Below are positions 27,621 through 41,419 of a DNA stretch of 64,000 nucleotides, in pieces. A program made the translations under genes and the position numbers. The DNA is from Octopus vulgaris (taxonomy: Eukaryota): assembly GCA_951406725.2 (NCBI GenBank), contig OX597817.1, positions 80,600,001-80,664,000 on the forward strand, read 5' to 3'. The notes below the pieces were generated by a model. It searched no databases. It saw only the letters and a list, made by a program, of their open reading frames with translations, and was not told where the DNA came from. How positions within the stretch are numbered: position 1 is the first letter of the stretch; each line of letters starts with the position of its first letter.

Positions 27621-27850
27621 TGGAGGCGCGTGGCTTAGTGGTTAGGGTGTTGACCTCATGATCGTATGGTTGTGGTTTCGATTCCTGGACCGGGCGATGT
27701 GTTCTTGAGCAAAACACTCCATTTCACCTTGCTCCAGTCCACTCAGCTGGCAAAAATGAGTAATGTTGCGATGGACTGGCGTCCCGTCCAGCTGGGGAAC
27801 ACATACGCCGGGCCCGTGAGCCTGGCTAGGCTTTAAAAGGGCGCATTTAT
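27621..27850 (+). mobile_element. SINE family C
   Basis: TGGAGGCGCGTGGCTTAGTGGTTAGGG (A box), GGTTTCGATTCC (B box), TTCTTGAGCAAAACAC core. Confidence 0.85.
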
Positions 27851-28149
27851 TTATTATTTATCCTCAAAGTTCACATTATGTAACAGTTAATGCCATTGTT
27901 ATTGTTGGTGTATAACATCAACACTACCCTGAGGGAGAAACAAGAAAAGGCTTTCTCGCAAATCCACCTTATTTTCAAACAAACTGTATCGTGGACCAGA
28001 TTATTATCCAACAATCTATTTCTACAATTTCTAAGGATATTTGGTTATTTCTAGCACTTTCAGCAACTATGTAGAATCTAAGAGGTTAGCTTTTTCTTGT
28101 TGTTGTTGTTTTATCTTTTCTCAGAAACCCTCTCTCTTATATTGATTTC

Positions 28150-28878
28150 AGGTTTTGGCACAAGGCTAGTAATTTTGTAAGAGGGGCAAACCGATTGCAT
28201 CGACCACAGCGCTCAAATGGTACTTATTTTATCAGCCCCGAAAAGATGTCACTCGATCTCGGCGGAATTTGAACTTAAAACACAGACGGACGAAATACCT
28301 ATTTCTTTACTACCCACAAGGGGCTAAACACAGAGGGGACAAACAAGGACAGACAAACAGATTAAGTCGTTTATATCGACCCCAGTGCGTAACTGGTACT
28401 TATCTAATCGACCTCGAAAGGAAGAAAGGCAAAGTCAACCTTAGCGGAATTTGAACTCAGAACGTAGCGGTAGACGAAATACCTATTTCTATTTCTTTAC
28501 TACCCCCAAGGGACTAAACACAGAGAGGACAAACAAGGACACACAAACGGATTAAATCGATTATATCGACCCCAGTGCGTAACTGGTCCTTAATTTATCG
28601 ACCCCGAAATGATGAAAGGCAAAGTCGACCTCGGCAGAATTTGAACTCAGAACGTAGCGGCAGACGAAATACCTATTTCTTTACTACGCACAAGGGGCTA
28701 AACACAGAGAGGACAAACAAGAACAGACAAAGGGAATTAAGTCGATTACATCGTAACTGGTACTTAATTTATCGACCCCAAAAAAATGAAAGGCAAAGTC
28801 GGAAATTGAACGTAACGGCAGTCGAAATACGGCTACGCATTTCGCCCGGCGTGCTAACGTTTCTGCCAGCTCGGCGCC
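28150..28878 (-). mobile_element. SINE family A with tandemly multiplied internal ~160-190-bp module
   Basis: CGAAATAC anchor recurs at 28291, 28475, 28665 and 28823; a single head at 28840-28878. Confidence 0.85.
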
Positions 28879-29324
28879 TTCTCTATCTTGTTATATTAAC
28901 ATTCAATCTTTAACACTCTTCTCTTTAATAAGATGAAAGATGACGTTGTGTCTTATGAGATTTAAACATATAATGCAATGGTGAAACAAACAAAATATAT
29001 TGCAACGTCTTTTCATCTAATGTTTCATTGTTTCAGACAGACGGCCATCTTAAAGGGGGCTGTAGAAATATAATACCGAATGAGAAATGTTTTCTGTAAG
29101 AAGGACGATTGTAGTGGGTTTCCTTTCTCCGGAATTCCAAACCCTTAATCTGCCTACATTTCGTGACGTCTCTGACAACGTGAAATCTCTGATAACATTG
29201 ATTAAATGCAAGTTTTATAAAGAACGGTATTTTAGAGACAAGTTCGTGTCTTGAGAACTGTTAGCACCATGACACATTTGCAGGAATAATACGAGACTAC
29301 GAAGAAACGCGGGTGGTTCTCGAA

Positions 29325-29546
29325 AGTGGTGGTAGTGGTGGTGGTGCTGGTGGTGCTGGTGGTGGTGGTGCTGGTGGTGCTGGTGGCAGTGGTAGTAGCG
29401 GCAGCTGCCGTGGTGGCGGTGGTGATGGTGGACGTTGGTGGTAGTCGTCGTATCGTCGTCATGTTATCGCGGTGGCTGTGGTGGCCGTGGTGGTGATGGC
29501 GATGGTGACGGTGGTGGTCATCGTCGTCGGGTTGGACGGTAGTGGT

Positions 29547-29578
<32 letters not shown>

Positions 29579-29770
29579 TGGTGTTGGTGGCGTTGGTGTC
29601 GATGGTGGCGGTGATGTCGTTGGTAGTGGTGGTGTCGATGGTGGCGGTGATGTCGTTGGTAGTGGTATTGTCGATGGTGGCGGTGGTGTCGACGGTGGCG
29701 GGGGGGCGCGATGATGATGGTGGTGGTGGTGGCCGTCGTCGTCGTGATCGTCTTCGTCGTTGCCGTCGCG
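29325..29770. repeat. GC-rich (GGT/GGC/GTC)n trinucleotide low-complexity tract
   Basis: Read directly; open in several frames as poly-G/V/P/T. Confidence 0.9.
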
Positions 29771-30346
29771 ATAGTGGAAATAAACATACTGGAGCATGAA
29801 AATAAACACAAGCAATAAGAACAAAAGCGCATGAGCAAAACTACAGAATAATTAGGGAGGTACCTCTTGTCTATATGGAACCTTTACCCATGTATTTTGT
29901 CCAGTGCGTTGTGTTGTTAAACTGTATCTCGTCATTTGTTTGTCTATAATTTGATATACTTTCTATGGCCAGAAAATCCGCCATCTTCTTGCAGTTTATC
30001 AACACTGAGTAGAAGGAAATATGTATACGCATGCGTGTTTGTAACTACACACAGAGGCAAACAGTCATATGCATACGAACATAGAAATGTGTTTGTGTAT
30101 ATATGTGTACAGATACACAAACACACACACACACACACACAACATATTTATGTATGTAAGTACACACACACAAAAGATAATGCATATGTACATACATACA
30201 TATATACATACATACGTATATATATATAATTGAATATGTATTTGTATATATGTGTATATATACATATACATATATATATATAAATGTATACGTATGTATA
30301 GATGTATATAAATGTATATAATTCTATATGTATGAATATTTATACA

Positions 30347-30395
<49 letters not shown>

Positions 30396-30597
30396 GCATG
30401 CATACACATATGAGTGGTCTGTGTTTTAGTGTCTTTTGTGTGTGTGTGTGTGTGTTTAAGTCGGGTTCTTAGTGTGGCTGGTATCAGGCAGTGTAGTTGT
30501 CAATAAATGGGCATGTTTAGTCGCGTGAATTCCACTGGAACTGTATGTATGCAAGCATGTTTGTATATGGATGTACATATGTACACATATACACACA

Positions 30598-30694
<97 letters not shown>

Positions 30695-30766
30695 TATCTA
30701 TGTGTATGTAAGTATATATATATATGCACGTCAGTATGTATCTATGCAGGTACATATATCTGCATG

Positions 30767-30803
<37 letters not shown>

Positions 30804-31085
30804 GTAAGTTGTCATGTGGATATTCATTCCCGCCTTTTCTTATGTCCGTCTGAGATGCAGGCATTTATCTGCGTAAACTGAAGGATTAATAAATAGGTAG
30901 GTATATATATTGGAGTGCTTCTTAGTGCATCTATGTCTAACGTCTACATGCCTATACATGTATGTATCTATAACGGTCGATGTCTGCAAGTTTAGATGGC
31001 TAAAGTTAACGATGTATATTCTTTATTCCTGGGTAAGTTCATTTAGACGTCTAGGCTGCCTAAGAATATATACACACACACACAC

Positions 31086-31173
<88 letters not shown>

Positions 31174-31296
31174 TTATTTATTTATATATGTATGTAAATG
31201 TATTTGTATGTATAGATAGATAGATAGGTAGGGAGATAGATAAAATGACGTGAGTATATTTAAGTGAATGTGTGTGTGTGTATATATATATATATA

Positions 31297-31335
<39 letters not shown>

Positions 31336-31707
31336 GTGTGTGTATGTGTGTGCGCGCACGGGTGTGTATATCTTAGTGTCTACATGTGTTTGGGTGTGTA
31401 GAAGAATGCAATTAGTCTATATAATTGTGTTCCAATGAGTCTCCGTATGTGGACATTTGTCTTTATGTACAAATATATCTATAAATGGATGAATGGATTA
31501 TCCAGTGATTGCTGTGTCTGTGTTGATTGTCTCAAAATACACATACACACAGAAAAATGCTCATATATGTTCTTACGTGCTGTGTGTATAGGGGGGGGTA
31601 CAAACTGGCGCGTGTGTGTTTCTCTAAATGTGGGAATAAGCAAAGTTGCAGAGTTTAAGAGACAATACTAGACTGATGCACATAAACAGACGCACATATG
31701 CATGTGC

Positions 31708-31751
<44 letters not shown>

Positions 31752-31898
31752 AGTTTGTGTATGTATATATATATTTACATATTTATGTATATATATATAT
31801 ATATATACATGCATATATACATATACACATACATATATACATAATAATATATATTATATATACTGATATACATATTAATATATATAAGTAAAATATAT

Positions 31899-31930
<32 letters not shown>

Positions 31931-32333
31931 CTGTGATAACTAATTACACTCTCGCGCATGCATACCGATATATTCATGATTTACTAATATGCGTATAATT
32001 ATCTGTGATGTGGGTTTTTATGCGTATGTGCATGTGTGTGTCTATGTGTGTGAGTGTATGCGTGTGTGTGTGTGTGTGTGTGCACGTAGATTCTTAAAAC
32101 TGATGTGCATTCCTCAGTGTGTCCCCACGCGTGTATATATTTTCTTGTGTATATAAGTAAATGCATATAATCGTGAGTTTATGCAGTGAGACATTAGTCT
32201 GCGTATGTACGCATAAAATTATTCCTGTATGTATATTTTTCGCGTGCATATGTACACTCAGCCCATATGCATGCATATCCGTCTGTATATATGTCAGCAT
32301 GTAAGTGTGCATGTATGTGAATATGTATATAGA

Positions 32334-32372
<39 letters not shown>

Positions 32373-33090
32373 GTATGTATCTATGTTTATGTATCTATAT
32401 ATATATATATATATGCCTGTATGTATCTATGTTTATTGGTGGTGAAATATGTGTTCCACTATGTGACTCTGTAAACGTGCGTGTGTTAGTTTTTCAGTAA
32501 CTTCATGCGTGTGCCCGTACGTGCGTGTGCGTGTTTTTACTCGCGCTAATTTTTCTCAAACTGTAAAACAGCTTCCCTTGCAGCAGCATTCTTTGAACAA
32601 GGGGTGTCATTCCATCACAATTATCATTCAAGACAGTTCCTTTTCATATCCCCCTCCCATCCGAACGAAAAAGATTTATACCTGCAGGTAAGCGATCCAT
32701 CACTTCTCTTTTCTCCTTTCCCGCCAAGAATACCGTTCTGTTCTTAAAAGATACGAATCATCGGTTTGGTGAATACAGATGGAATCTTTATGTGGCTGCA
32801 GGCAAGACCAGCATTAATTCTGAAAGCAAAATCCCTATTATTTTTGCACATTTATAATAGAAGTCTCATCTTTCTTCAACACTAGCATTTAAGTCCTTGA
32901 CTATTATATGTGAGCATGTATGAATGGATGGATGAACGTACGTATGTATATGCATAAACGCCAGTGCGAATATAAATATCAGTTATCAAATATGCGCATT
33001 TTTACATATATATATATACGTGTGTGTTTGTGTGTGTACGCGCGTGCCCGTGTGTGCGTGTGTATACATATTTATGTATGTACATAAATG

Positions 33091-33140
<50 letters not shown>

Positions 33141-33200
33141 TATGCATATCTAGGAATACACATGCACTTATATATATACATACATAGACATATACATATA

Positions 33201-33310
<110 letters not shown>

Positions 33311-33489
33311 TTAAGCTCCTTTCGTTCAGTTACCGTTCCTTCATTTTGACATCTTTGATGCTTTTCGCTGTGTGATGATCAATACAAAGTCAAATCTGTG
33401 AAACACCGTCCTTCAATTTTACTTCCGTCCTAATTTAGAGTGATTTTCACAAGTCTGCCATTTTTTCTCTTCCTTCGCACATTTACAAA

Positions 33490-33538
<49 letters not shown>

Positions 33539-34853
33539 TCACATACATGCATATGCACATAATACATAGTGTTATACATACATATTTCTCATTGTTACTT
33601 TTTTTCATTTTATTTTACTTTATTGTTTTATATATATTCTATTATTTTTTATATGTTTTTTTATTCATCACTTATCTTCTTTTGACCACAATTTATATTT
33701 GAATAGCTGGAAGGATACTAATGCCCTTCCAAGCCAAATGATTCAAGTCAGCCTAAGAAAGCTTTTCATCTTTCTGTGTTACGAATTACGGCTGTGAAAC
33801 GTACACTTGCACATTTTCTCAGAACCTTAAGCTGTCTAATTGATTTGGAATTTATCCAGGCCTAGTGACAGCAGTTTACTGTTTGAGTGGTTCAAGATAA
33901 ATTCAGATGCGATGAGACGGGACGAGACGAGACGAAACGAATTGGTGCGGGGTGGGTGTGGTGGCTTTAAGACGATTGATAGAAAGCGGTAGAACAGAAC
34001 AGGTGGAGAGGGAAGGCAGTAAGGCGTGTGTTTTGGAACGATGTAAGCGATCGATAAGGATAAATGAGTTGATAAAGAATCAGATTATGATTGAAATGAC
34101 GTCAGTTCGCATTAGCTTATAGATATTGAGAATCGTATAATTATGTAAAAGTGTAATACTGTAAAATTACTTACAAAATCAAAAGTGCCTCAGATTTAAA
34201 GGAGGAGAAACGAGAATTTGTGTCGCTTACGTTCGTTTAATCAAGATTATTAATTGAATAAACGACGCGTGCTTCAACAGGGAATTGAAGTTGGAATCGA
34301 AACTGAAAAGCCAGATTCAAAACGCTAATCAGTGATCGTACATTCTGACCGGCTTGATCCATGAGTTCATTGTTGAAGTTTAATTTAACGTTGGTTAATT
34401 TGAAGGGTAACAAATTTATTCCAGGATGAGGCACAGGTATGTCTCATGGGTAGTTTAGTTTTTGTTACAAATGGAGGAATTTAATTCATCTTTGCAAGCT
34501 ACCGAAATATGTATTAGTACATGGTGGTGGTGATGGTGATGGTCCTGCTGCTGCTGCTGCTGCTGCTGCCGCTGCTTATATCGGAGTTGCGAGTATACCA
34601 ACAGACCCTCTACTGGCTATGGAATCAATCATGCATAAGAGGGAAAACAGAGTGGTAAGTGAGGTAAGAGACACAGAGACATGCGCGCACACACACACAC
34701 ACACACACGCACACACGCACACACATAAATGCACTAATTAATATTTCAGTATCAATATATGTATGTGAATTTATATATGACTTTATATTTATATAAATAT
34801 TTATATGTATATAAATATATACTTATATAAAAAAATCTATATCAAAATTTATA

Positions 34854-35185
34854 AGACTCCTTCGGTCATGGCACAGACCATGGGATTGCACCTAGAAAGT
34901 TACCCTCCCAGGCACAAGTCCGGGCAAGGTTGTTTATGGAAGACCAGCAGTCGTCCATGCATACCAGCTTCCCCTCTCCACGCCACCAGTGTTATCCAAG
35001 GGAAAGGCAAAGGCCGATACAGCTTGGCCCCTGTGACGTCACAACTCATTTCTACAGCTGAGTGAACTAGAGTAACGTGAAATAAAGTGTCTTGCTCAAG
35101 AACACAACACAGACTGGTCCAGGGATCAAACTCACTATTTCGTGATTGTGAGCCCGACGATCTAACCACTAAGCCATGCACCATA
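34854..35185 (-). mobile_element. SINE family C variant
   Basis: Minus-strand head GTGCATGGCTTAGTGGTTAGA..GAGTTTGATCCC, core TTCTTGAGCAAGACAC, tail shared with the copy at 26385. Confidence 0.8.
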
Positions 35186-35254
35186 CATATGCATATATAT
35201 TGCATGTGTATTTGTATATTTGTGTGTCTGTCTATCTGCTTAACTGTCTGTCTG

Positions 35255-35301
<47 letters not shown>

Positions 35302-35624
35302 CCACTTTCCTCGAAATATTCTTATCTGGCTGGGTATAAATTGACCTTGTTCTCAGTAAATTCATCCGTCGTGCTTTACGAGCGTTATTTTCTCTACATA
35401 ACTAGTAACATTTTACTTGTAGTCACAAGCAGTGACAAACGTTTCTTTGTTTACATCACCATATGAGAGACAGAGTTCTTAAAACAGAACATTTTAAAGG
35501 CGAGCAGTAGCTACTATGTAAGCTTATCCATATATTTTATATCCTGTACCGCGAGCTGAACCTCTTTATTCATTGATTGGATTGTCTACATATCGTAGCC
35601 CAAAATAATTCGTAATTTATATGA

Positions 35625-35795
35625 ACGCGGCTGTGAAGGTAAGACGTTTGCTTAACAACTTAACAATCATGCAGTCACAGGTTCATCCTCATTGTGCAAT
35701 ACCTTGAACAAAAGTACCTTTTAGTCTAGCCACGGCTTGACCAATGTCTCTTGAGTGAATTTGGCCGATGGAAATTGAAGGAAGCCCATAAGTAT
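35625..35795 (+). mobile_element. SINE family B 5' half
   Basis: GCGGCTGTGAAGGTAAGA head..GTGAATTTGG..GGAAATTGAAGGAAGCCC, ending in (TA)n; 3' half absent. Confidence 0.6.
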
Positions 35796-35797
35796 CG

Positions 35798-35849
<52 letters not shown>

Positions 35850-35986
35850 CAGAGATGTACTTGCATAGCAAGTGACCTGATCTGAGATCGTGCGCTGGAA
35901 CGAAAACAATTGCAGCGTGGAAGGTGTTTATAAGCCATTTAAGAAACACACAAAAACTGTTAGATTCACTTCAACATTTAATTTAA

Positions 35987-36037
35987 TTTGTCAAAATATT
36001 TTCGTCGCTTTGAGACTGCGACCTGTTCACTGACAAA
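35987..36037 (-). ncRNA. Minimal type-I hammerhead ribozyme, G3-C8 core variant, within a ~200-bp element (35849-36051)
   Basis: Minus strand: TTTGTCA-GTGAACA-G-GTCGC(AGTCTCAAA)GCGAC-GAA-AATATT-T-TGACAAA. 7-bp stem I, 5-bp stem II, palindromic stem III, UUU triplet. Confidence 0.65.
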
Positions 36038-36051
36038 ATTCCGTGCTGCAT

Positions 36052-38510
36052 CTCATTTTCCACGGCAAATGATTCGGAGAGCCTACCACCAAAGTTAACT
36101 CTAGCTTTCATATCTTGATGCAAAGCCCTGATCATGTTTACAAATTTTTCTGGGCAACCTCTTTTCCTTAGATTTAGCTATAGAGCATTTTGATTAACAG
36201 TATCGAATGCTATGCTCAAATCAACAAAGCAATGGTATAGAGCAAGATTCTGTTCAATGCATTTTTCTTGCAATTGTCTGACAGTAAAGATACAATCAGC
36301 TGTACCCCTGGAGGAACGAAAACCTCACTGACACTCAGACACTATATTTGGAACTATAAAGGTATTTAAACGTTCTAACAAAATGCGGGCAAGTACCTTT
36401 CCAACCACAGACAAAAGCGAAATCCTTCGAAAATGCAACACGGATCCTTTGGCCCCGATTTATACAAGGAAACTAAAATGGCATCAATCCAGTCTTGGGG
36501 CACTTTCTCAGTTTTCCGACAGTGACAAATTAATATATTTAAGAGTTCAAACATTTTGTCACCACCATATTTCAAGACAGATTCCATCAGATCCTGGAGA
36601 CTTATTGTTATTCAGCTTATTCACAGCTAAATAAATGTCATTTAGAGTTGGTTCAAATACCATCTATTCTATAACTGGAAGGTGTTCGATTTTTTTTTCT
36701 ATCGTCCTTATGTCAGCGGATGATGGTCCATTCAAAAGTGCAGAAAAATGTTCTACCCAGCGTTTATGAATAGGAGTGGTGTCAGTCAGAAGCAAACATC
36801 TATTTGCTGTTCTCACTGGAGCTACTGAAGAAGATTTTGGGCCATATACCTCGTTAACATGAGAGTACAAACCCTTGGCATCATTTGTATCAGCTGCTTC
36901 TTTAGCCCCTTTTGCTCTATCATTCCACCATTCTTGCTTAATTTTTCTTAGAGCAGTCTGCACTTTCCTTTTCAGCTTTCTGTAAGCTTCGTTTGAGTTG
37001 GAGTTCAAGGACTGAGAAAGAAGAGTTTTGTTTTTCTAAAAGTAGATCATGAATTTCTGCTGATCTATCTGAGAACCAGTCACTGGGCTCACATGATTTA
37101 AATCCACTGAGGAACGTGTTGCCTGAAATACTTTTGTTTTGAGATCTTCCCATAGATTGTTTGGGTCAAGATTGATACTTTCTGTAGCATCGTGGAAGTT
37201 CTGTAGCATCGTTTGCAAGTTGCTTGATAATTTAAAATTTGCAACATTTAACGTTTTGGGTACCTTAAGACCAGGCTGTCGATTTTTAGGCATTGTCGAA
37301 AAATCTATATTTCCACGCAATAGATGATGGTCAGTCCAGCTCTCTGTCCCTCTCATGACCCGAACGTTAGAAACGTCTTTCATACCACGTTTTCTGATCG
37401 GAATATAGTCTATGAGATGCCAGTGCTTAGATCTTGGGTGCATCCAGGGGGTTTTATATTTACTTTACTGCTTAATCAGAGTGTTGGTGACAACCGGATT
37501 ATTCTCAGTACAAAACGTCAAAAGAGCTACTCCATTTTTACATTTTTCAATCCTATGTCCACCTAAAACATGCCATGAAACATAGTCCTTTCCAATTCTT
37601 GCATTGAAATCTCCCAATATGATCAGCTTGTCAGAAATTGGTACTTTCCTCAAAAGTTGTGCTAGATCATCATAGAAATATCCTACAGTTTCATCAGAAT
37701 GGAACATTTTTGGAGCATGACTACTGACAGCGGTAAGAAACCTACCTTTTGTCAGTTTAATACGGCGTGACATGATCCGTTCAGATATACCACTTGGAAA
37801 CTCTGCAATGGAGAATACTAATCTATTCTTGAGAGCACACCCGAAACCAGATTCTCCACACTGACCCTTAGGTAGGCCTCCCCAAAATATAGTATATCCA
37901 TAAGTAGGTTCATTTACCTGACCCTCACCAGAGAGACAAGTTTCAGAGACTGCAACTATATCAAGGGAATATTTCTTAAACTCACATGCAATAAGTGCAG
38001 TACGCCTTTCTGGCCTCTTGTTGAAATTATCATCAAGAAGTGTGCGCACATTCCAACAACCAAAATTCAAAGGATGTTTATTTTTACTTTTTCTTGAAGA
38101 TTGACCACAGAATGACGACCGGGCCCAGCCTGTGATACACTGGGACACCTGCCGAGCCAGACGTGTTTCCCTGACGTTCCCAAGCCTTTTTTGCCATTTA
38201 CTGAGTCTGTTTGAAACATTTTACAGTAAGTTGAAAGTGCATTTTTAGGTTTCTGCCAACCAACCAATTCAATGATTTTAGTAAGATTTGGTGTACAGAA
38301 AGTACCTGTGCAGATAAATAATTTTCCGTGGGTGTAGCTTGCACTGCACTACCGCTACCTATTGGCCCAAGAAGACTTTCGCCTGTGTGACATAAAAGTT
38401 CACAAAATCACGAAGATCCAAGGCCTCAGGTTTTATTTCGGAGATTTCCCTCTCCTAGGTAGATTACTAACCAAAGTAAAAGAGCTTCTACCTGCCCATG
38501 GTAAACTATC
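36052..38510 (-). mobile_element. RTE-clade LINE, 5'-intact and 3'-truncated, decayed (APE endonuclease plus N-terminal RT)
   Basis: ORF 37465-38148 has CWNVRTLLD..RPERRTALIA..VSET..LGDFNARIG; then HPRSKHWHLIDY..TDH, VPQDWIDAILVSLYK, GFRSSRGTADCIF..FVDLSIAFD. RTE-like 5' UTR motif TACCTAGGAGAGGGAAATCTC. Multiple frameshifts and stops. Confidence 0.93.
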
Positions 38511-38598
38511 CCATGGCTTCGGCACATTTTTTTCCTGTGTCCTTATATATTTACGAAGGGGAGACAAATACCCCCAGCAGCCAAATATATGAAAGTCG

Positions 38599-38671
<73 letters not shown>

Positions 38672-38677
38672 TGTATG

Positions 38678-38718
<41 letters not shown>

Positions 38719-38769
38719 ATATATATACATATATTTGCTTATTTACTAAGTATATACATGCATACAAGT

Positions 38770-38905
38770 GAAGGCGCGTGGCTTAGTGGTTAGGGACATT
38801 TGGCTCATGATCGTAAGGTCGTGTTGTGTCCTTGAGCAAGACACTTGATTTCACGTTGCTCCAGTCCACTCAGCTGGCAAAAAATGGGAAGTACCTGTAT
38901 TTCAG
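38770..38905 (+). mobile_element. SINE family C, truncated
   Basis: GGCGCGTGGCTTAGTGGTTAGGG..CCTTGAGCAAGACAC..CCAGTCCACTCAGCTGGCAAAAA. Confidence 0.8.
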
Positions 38906-39041
38906 TACATTATAGTACATACATACAAATATATATATGCATATATATATGTACACATTATATATATATACATATATACATACCCATATATATATGTACA
39001 CATATATACATACATGTATATATCTACACGTATATGTATGT

Positions 39042-39087
<46 letters not shown>

Positions 39088-39267
39088 ATATATATATACT
39101 TGCATGTATGTATGTATTATGTATGTATTATGTATGTAAGTATCTATATGTGCTTGTATGTATGAACATGCATGCATAAGTACATACATAATGTATAAAC
39201 ACATATAAATATTATGAGGTAGTATTTCAGGCTTACATTGTTCACATTCTTCTCTCTCTTTCTTCCG

Positions 39268-39308
<41 letters not shown>

Positions 39309-39487
39309 TACCTGCCTGTATGTATGTGTGTGTCCGCTTCATACACACTCGCATTATGTTCGTTTTTCTCGCTTTCTCTCCCTCTTTCTCTTTTACTTTC
39401 ATGTCATGTGGATTTTCACAAAAAAGTTACGTTCCACCTGGCAAGAATCCATATGATATACACATATATATATAGATATTTATATAC

Positions 39488-39550
<63 letters not shown>

Positions 39551-39671
39551 CCTACATACATACATACATACATACATACATACATACATACATACATACA
39601 TACATACATACATACATACATACATACATACACACACACACATCATGCTGCATATATCCATCCATACATGG

Positions 39672-39721
<50 letters not shown>

Positions 39722-40653
39722 GTATGTATGTATGTATACACACATACACATATACACACATATACATGTATATATATATTCCTTCCATGTCAATGGCCAT
39801 TCTTCTTTCTCTCTTCAATTCACTTCTACTTCTCCTTATTGTATATTGACTTTTTCAAGTGTAGTGTCAATCTATCTTAGCAGCAACAGAAAATTAGGAT
39901 AAATACCATTAAGTTAAACCAGACGAGTCAGACGGTCTGATACTATGAGATAACCATTTCTTCTTTCTTATTTTCTTTCTTATTTTTTTACTTCCTGTTT
40001 GCTGAACTTACTTAACGCATCTCAATACTTTTCCATATCATTCTTCATTCGGTTTTCTTCTCATTTTTCATTCGTTTTTCTGCACTTTATTTTCTTCTTT
40101 TTACCCTTGTTTATTCATATTTTTTGTTTGTTTCTGTGGTTTTGCCTTGTTTTGTGGAGATTTTGTTTTTGTTTTTGGCTTCATATATTTCTGTTTTATT
40201 ACTTTATATTATTTTCCCTTTACTTTCTTCTTCTGAGTTTTCTTCGTCTGCATCATGCTCTTCATTTTCATCTTCCTTCGATTTTCTTCTCAACTTTCTT
40301 TCCTCTCGTTGCTGCTCATATATACCTATGCTCTTATTTTCCATGTCCTTAATTTTTCTTTTTTTGGTTAAATTTTCTTCGCTACTATAACTATCATTGT
40401 CACTTCTTTGGGTTCTTGATGTCTTACTGCAATAACTATTACCAATAATAATACTATTACAACTAATACTTCTTCTGCTACTATCAGAGGTACTGAGACC
40501 TTACTTTATCCACTTATTCTACAGCAATATGGATGTGCAGACACACACACACAAACGTACGCACACGCACACTCATACCACCCCACACACGCATATGTAT
40601 ATATATATATACACACACACATATATGTGTACATACATATTTGTATGTAAATT

Positions 40654-40729
<76 letters not shown>

Positions 40730-40816
40730 TATGTATGTATGTCTTTATATGTATATTTACACATATATGTATGTATGTTTGTGTATGTATATATAAATAT
40801 ATATTATTATTATTAC

Positions 40817-40851
<35 letters not shown>

Positions 40852-40991
40852 GTAGTATTATTATCATTATCATCATCATCATACAAAGAAAACATTCAAC
40901 ATAAAAATATTAATCTAAAATCAAATAAAGTATAAATTGAACAATAAAAATTTATATCATAATATAATGTATAAAAGTAAGTACTTGTACA

Positions 40992-41111
40992 TTGACTACG
41001 CGCGTTTCAGGGCTGAAATAGGACTATATAAAATCATATAAGAAACCATATCCAAGTTCATTAGAACGGAAAAGTTATTTTACTCTCAAAATCAGTCACT
41101 CCTCAGGTCAA
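40992..41111 (-). ncRNA. Type-I hammerhead ribozyme with canonical core and ~75-nt stem II insertion
   Basis: Minus strand: TTGAC-CTGAGGA-GTGACTGA..TCAGCCCT-GAAAC-GCGC-GTA-GTCAA. Palindromic stem III ACGCGCGT; stem II has two mismatches. Adjacent 30-bp inverted repeat at 41119-41148/41384-41413. Confidence 0.7.
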
Positions 41112-41419
41112 ATTCCTATTAACTTACCTCATAATATGATAAGGAATATTTAAAGACATACGTCTTTTATTAACTTTATACACTAACACGTATTTACATT
41201 TATTTACATTCTCCATAATGACTTAATCATGTTCACAATAATACTCCATTTGAATTTTTTTAATTCGTAACTGTTAATAATATTAATGCCTTTAACTTAG
41301 GGATTACATTACAGGCTTTGTTTCTTTATATATATTTTTATTCCTTATTATTTTTTTATTATTTTATTATCTTATTATTTTTGTATTCCTTATCATATTA
41401 TGAGGTAAGTTAAACTTTT

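Noticed and set aside
27621-27692. tRNA gene
   Set aside because: The A/B boxes belong to SINE heads that continue into SINE body; no clean cloverleaf.
29459-29838. Pro/His-rich extensin- or formin-like ORFs
   Set aside because: The (GGT/GGC)n tract is open in several frames on both strands, with no unique coding flanks.
38330-38520. HDV-like ribozyme at the RTE 5' end
   Set aside because: Such ribozymes are known for some RTEs, but no nested double pseudoknot could be traced by eye.
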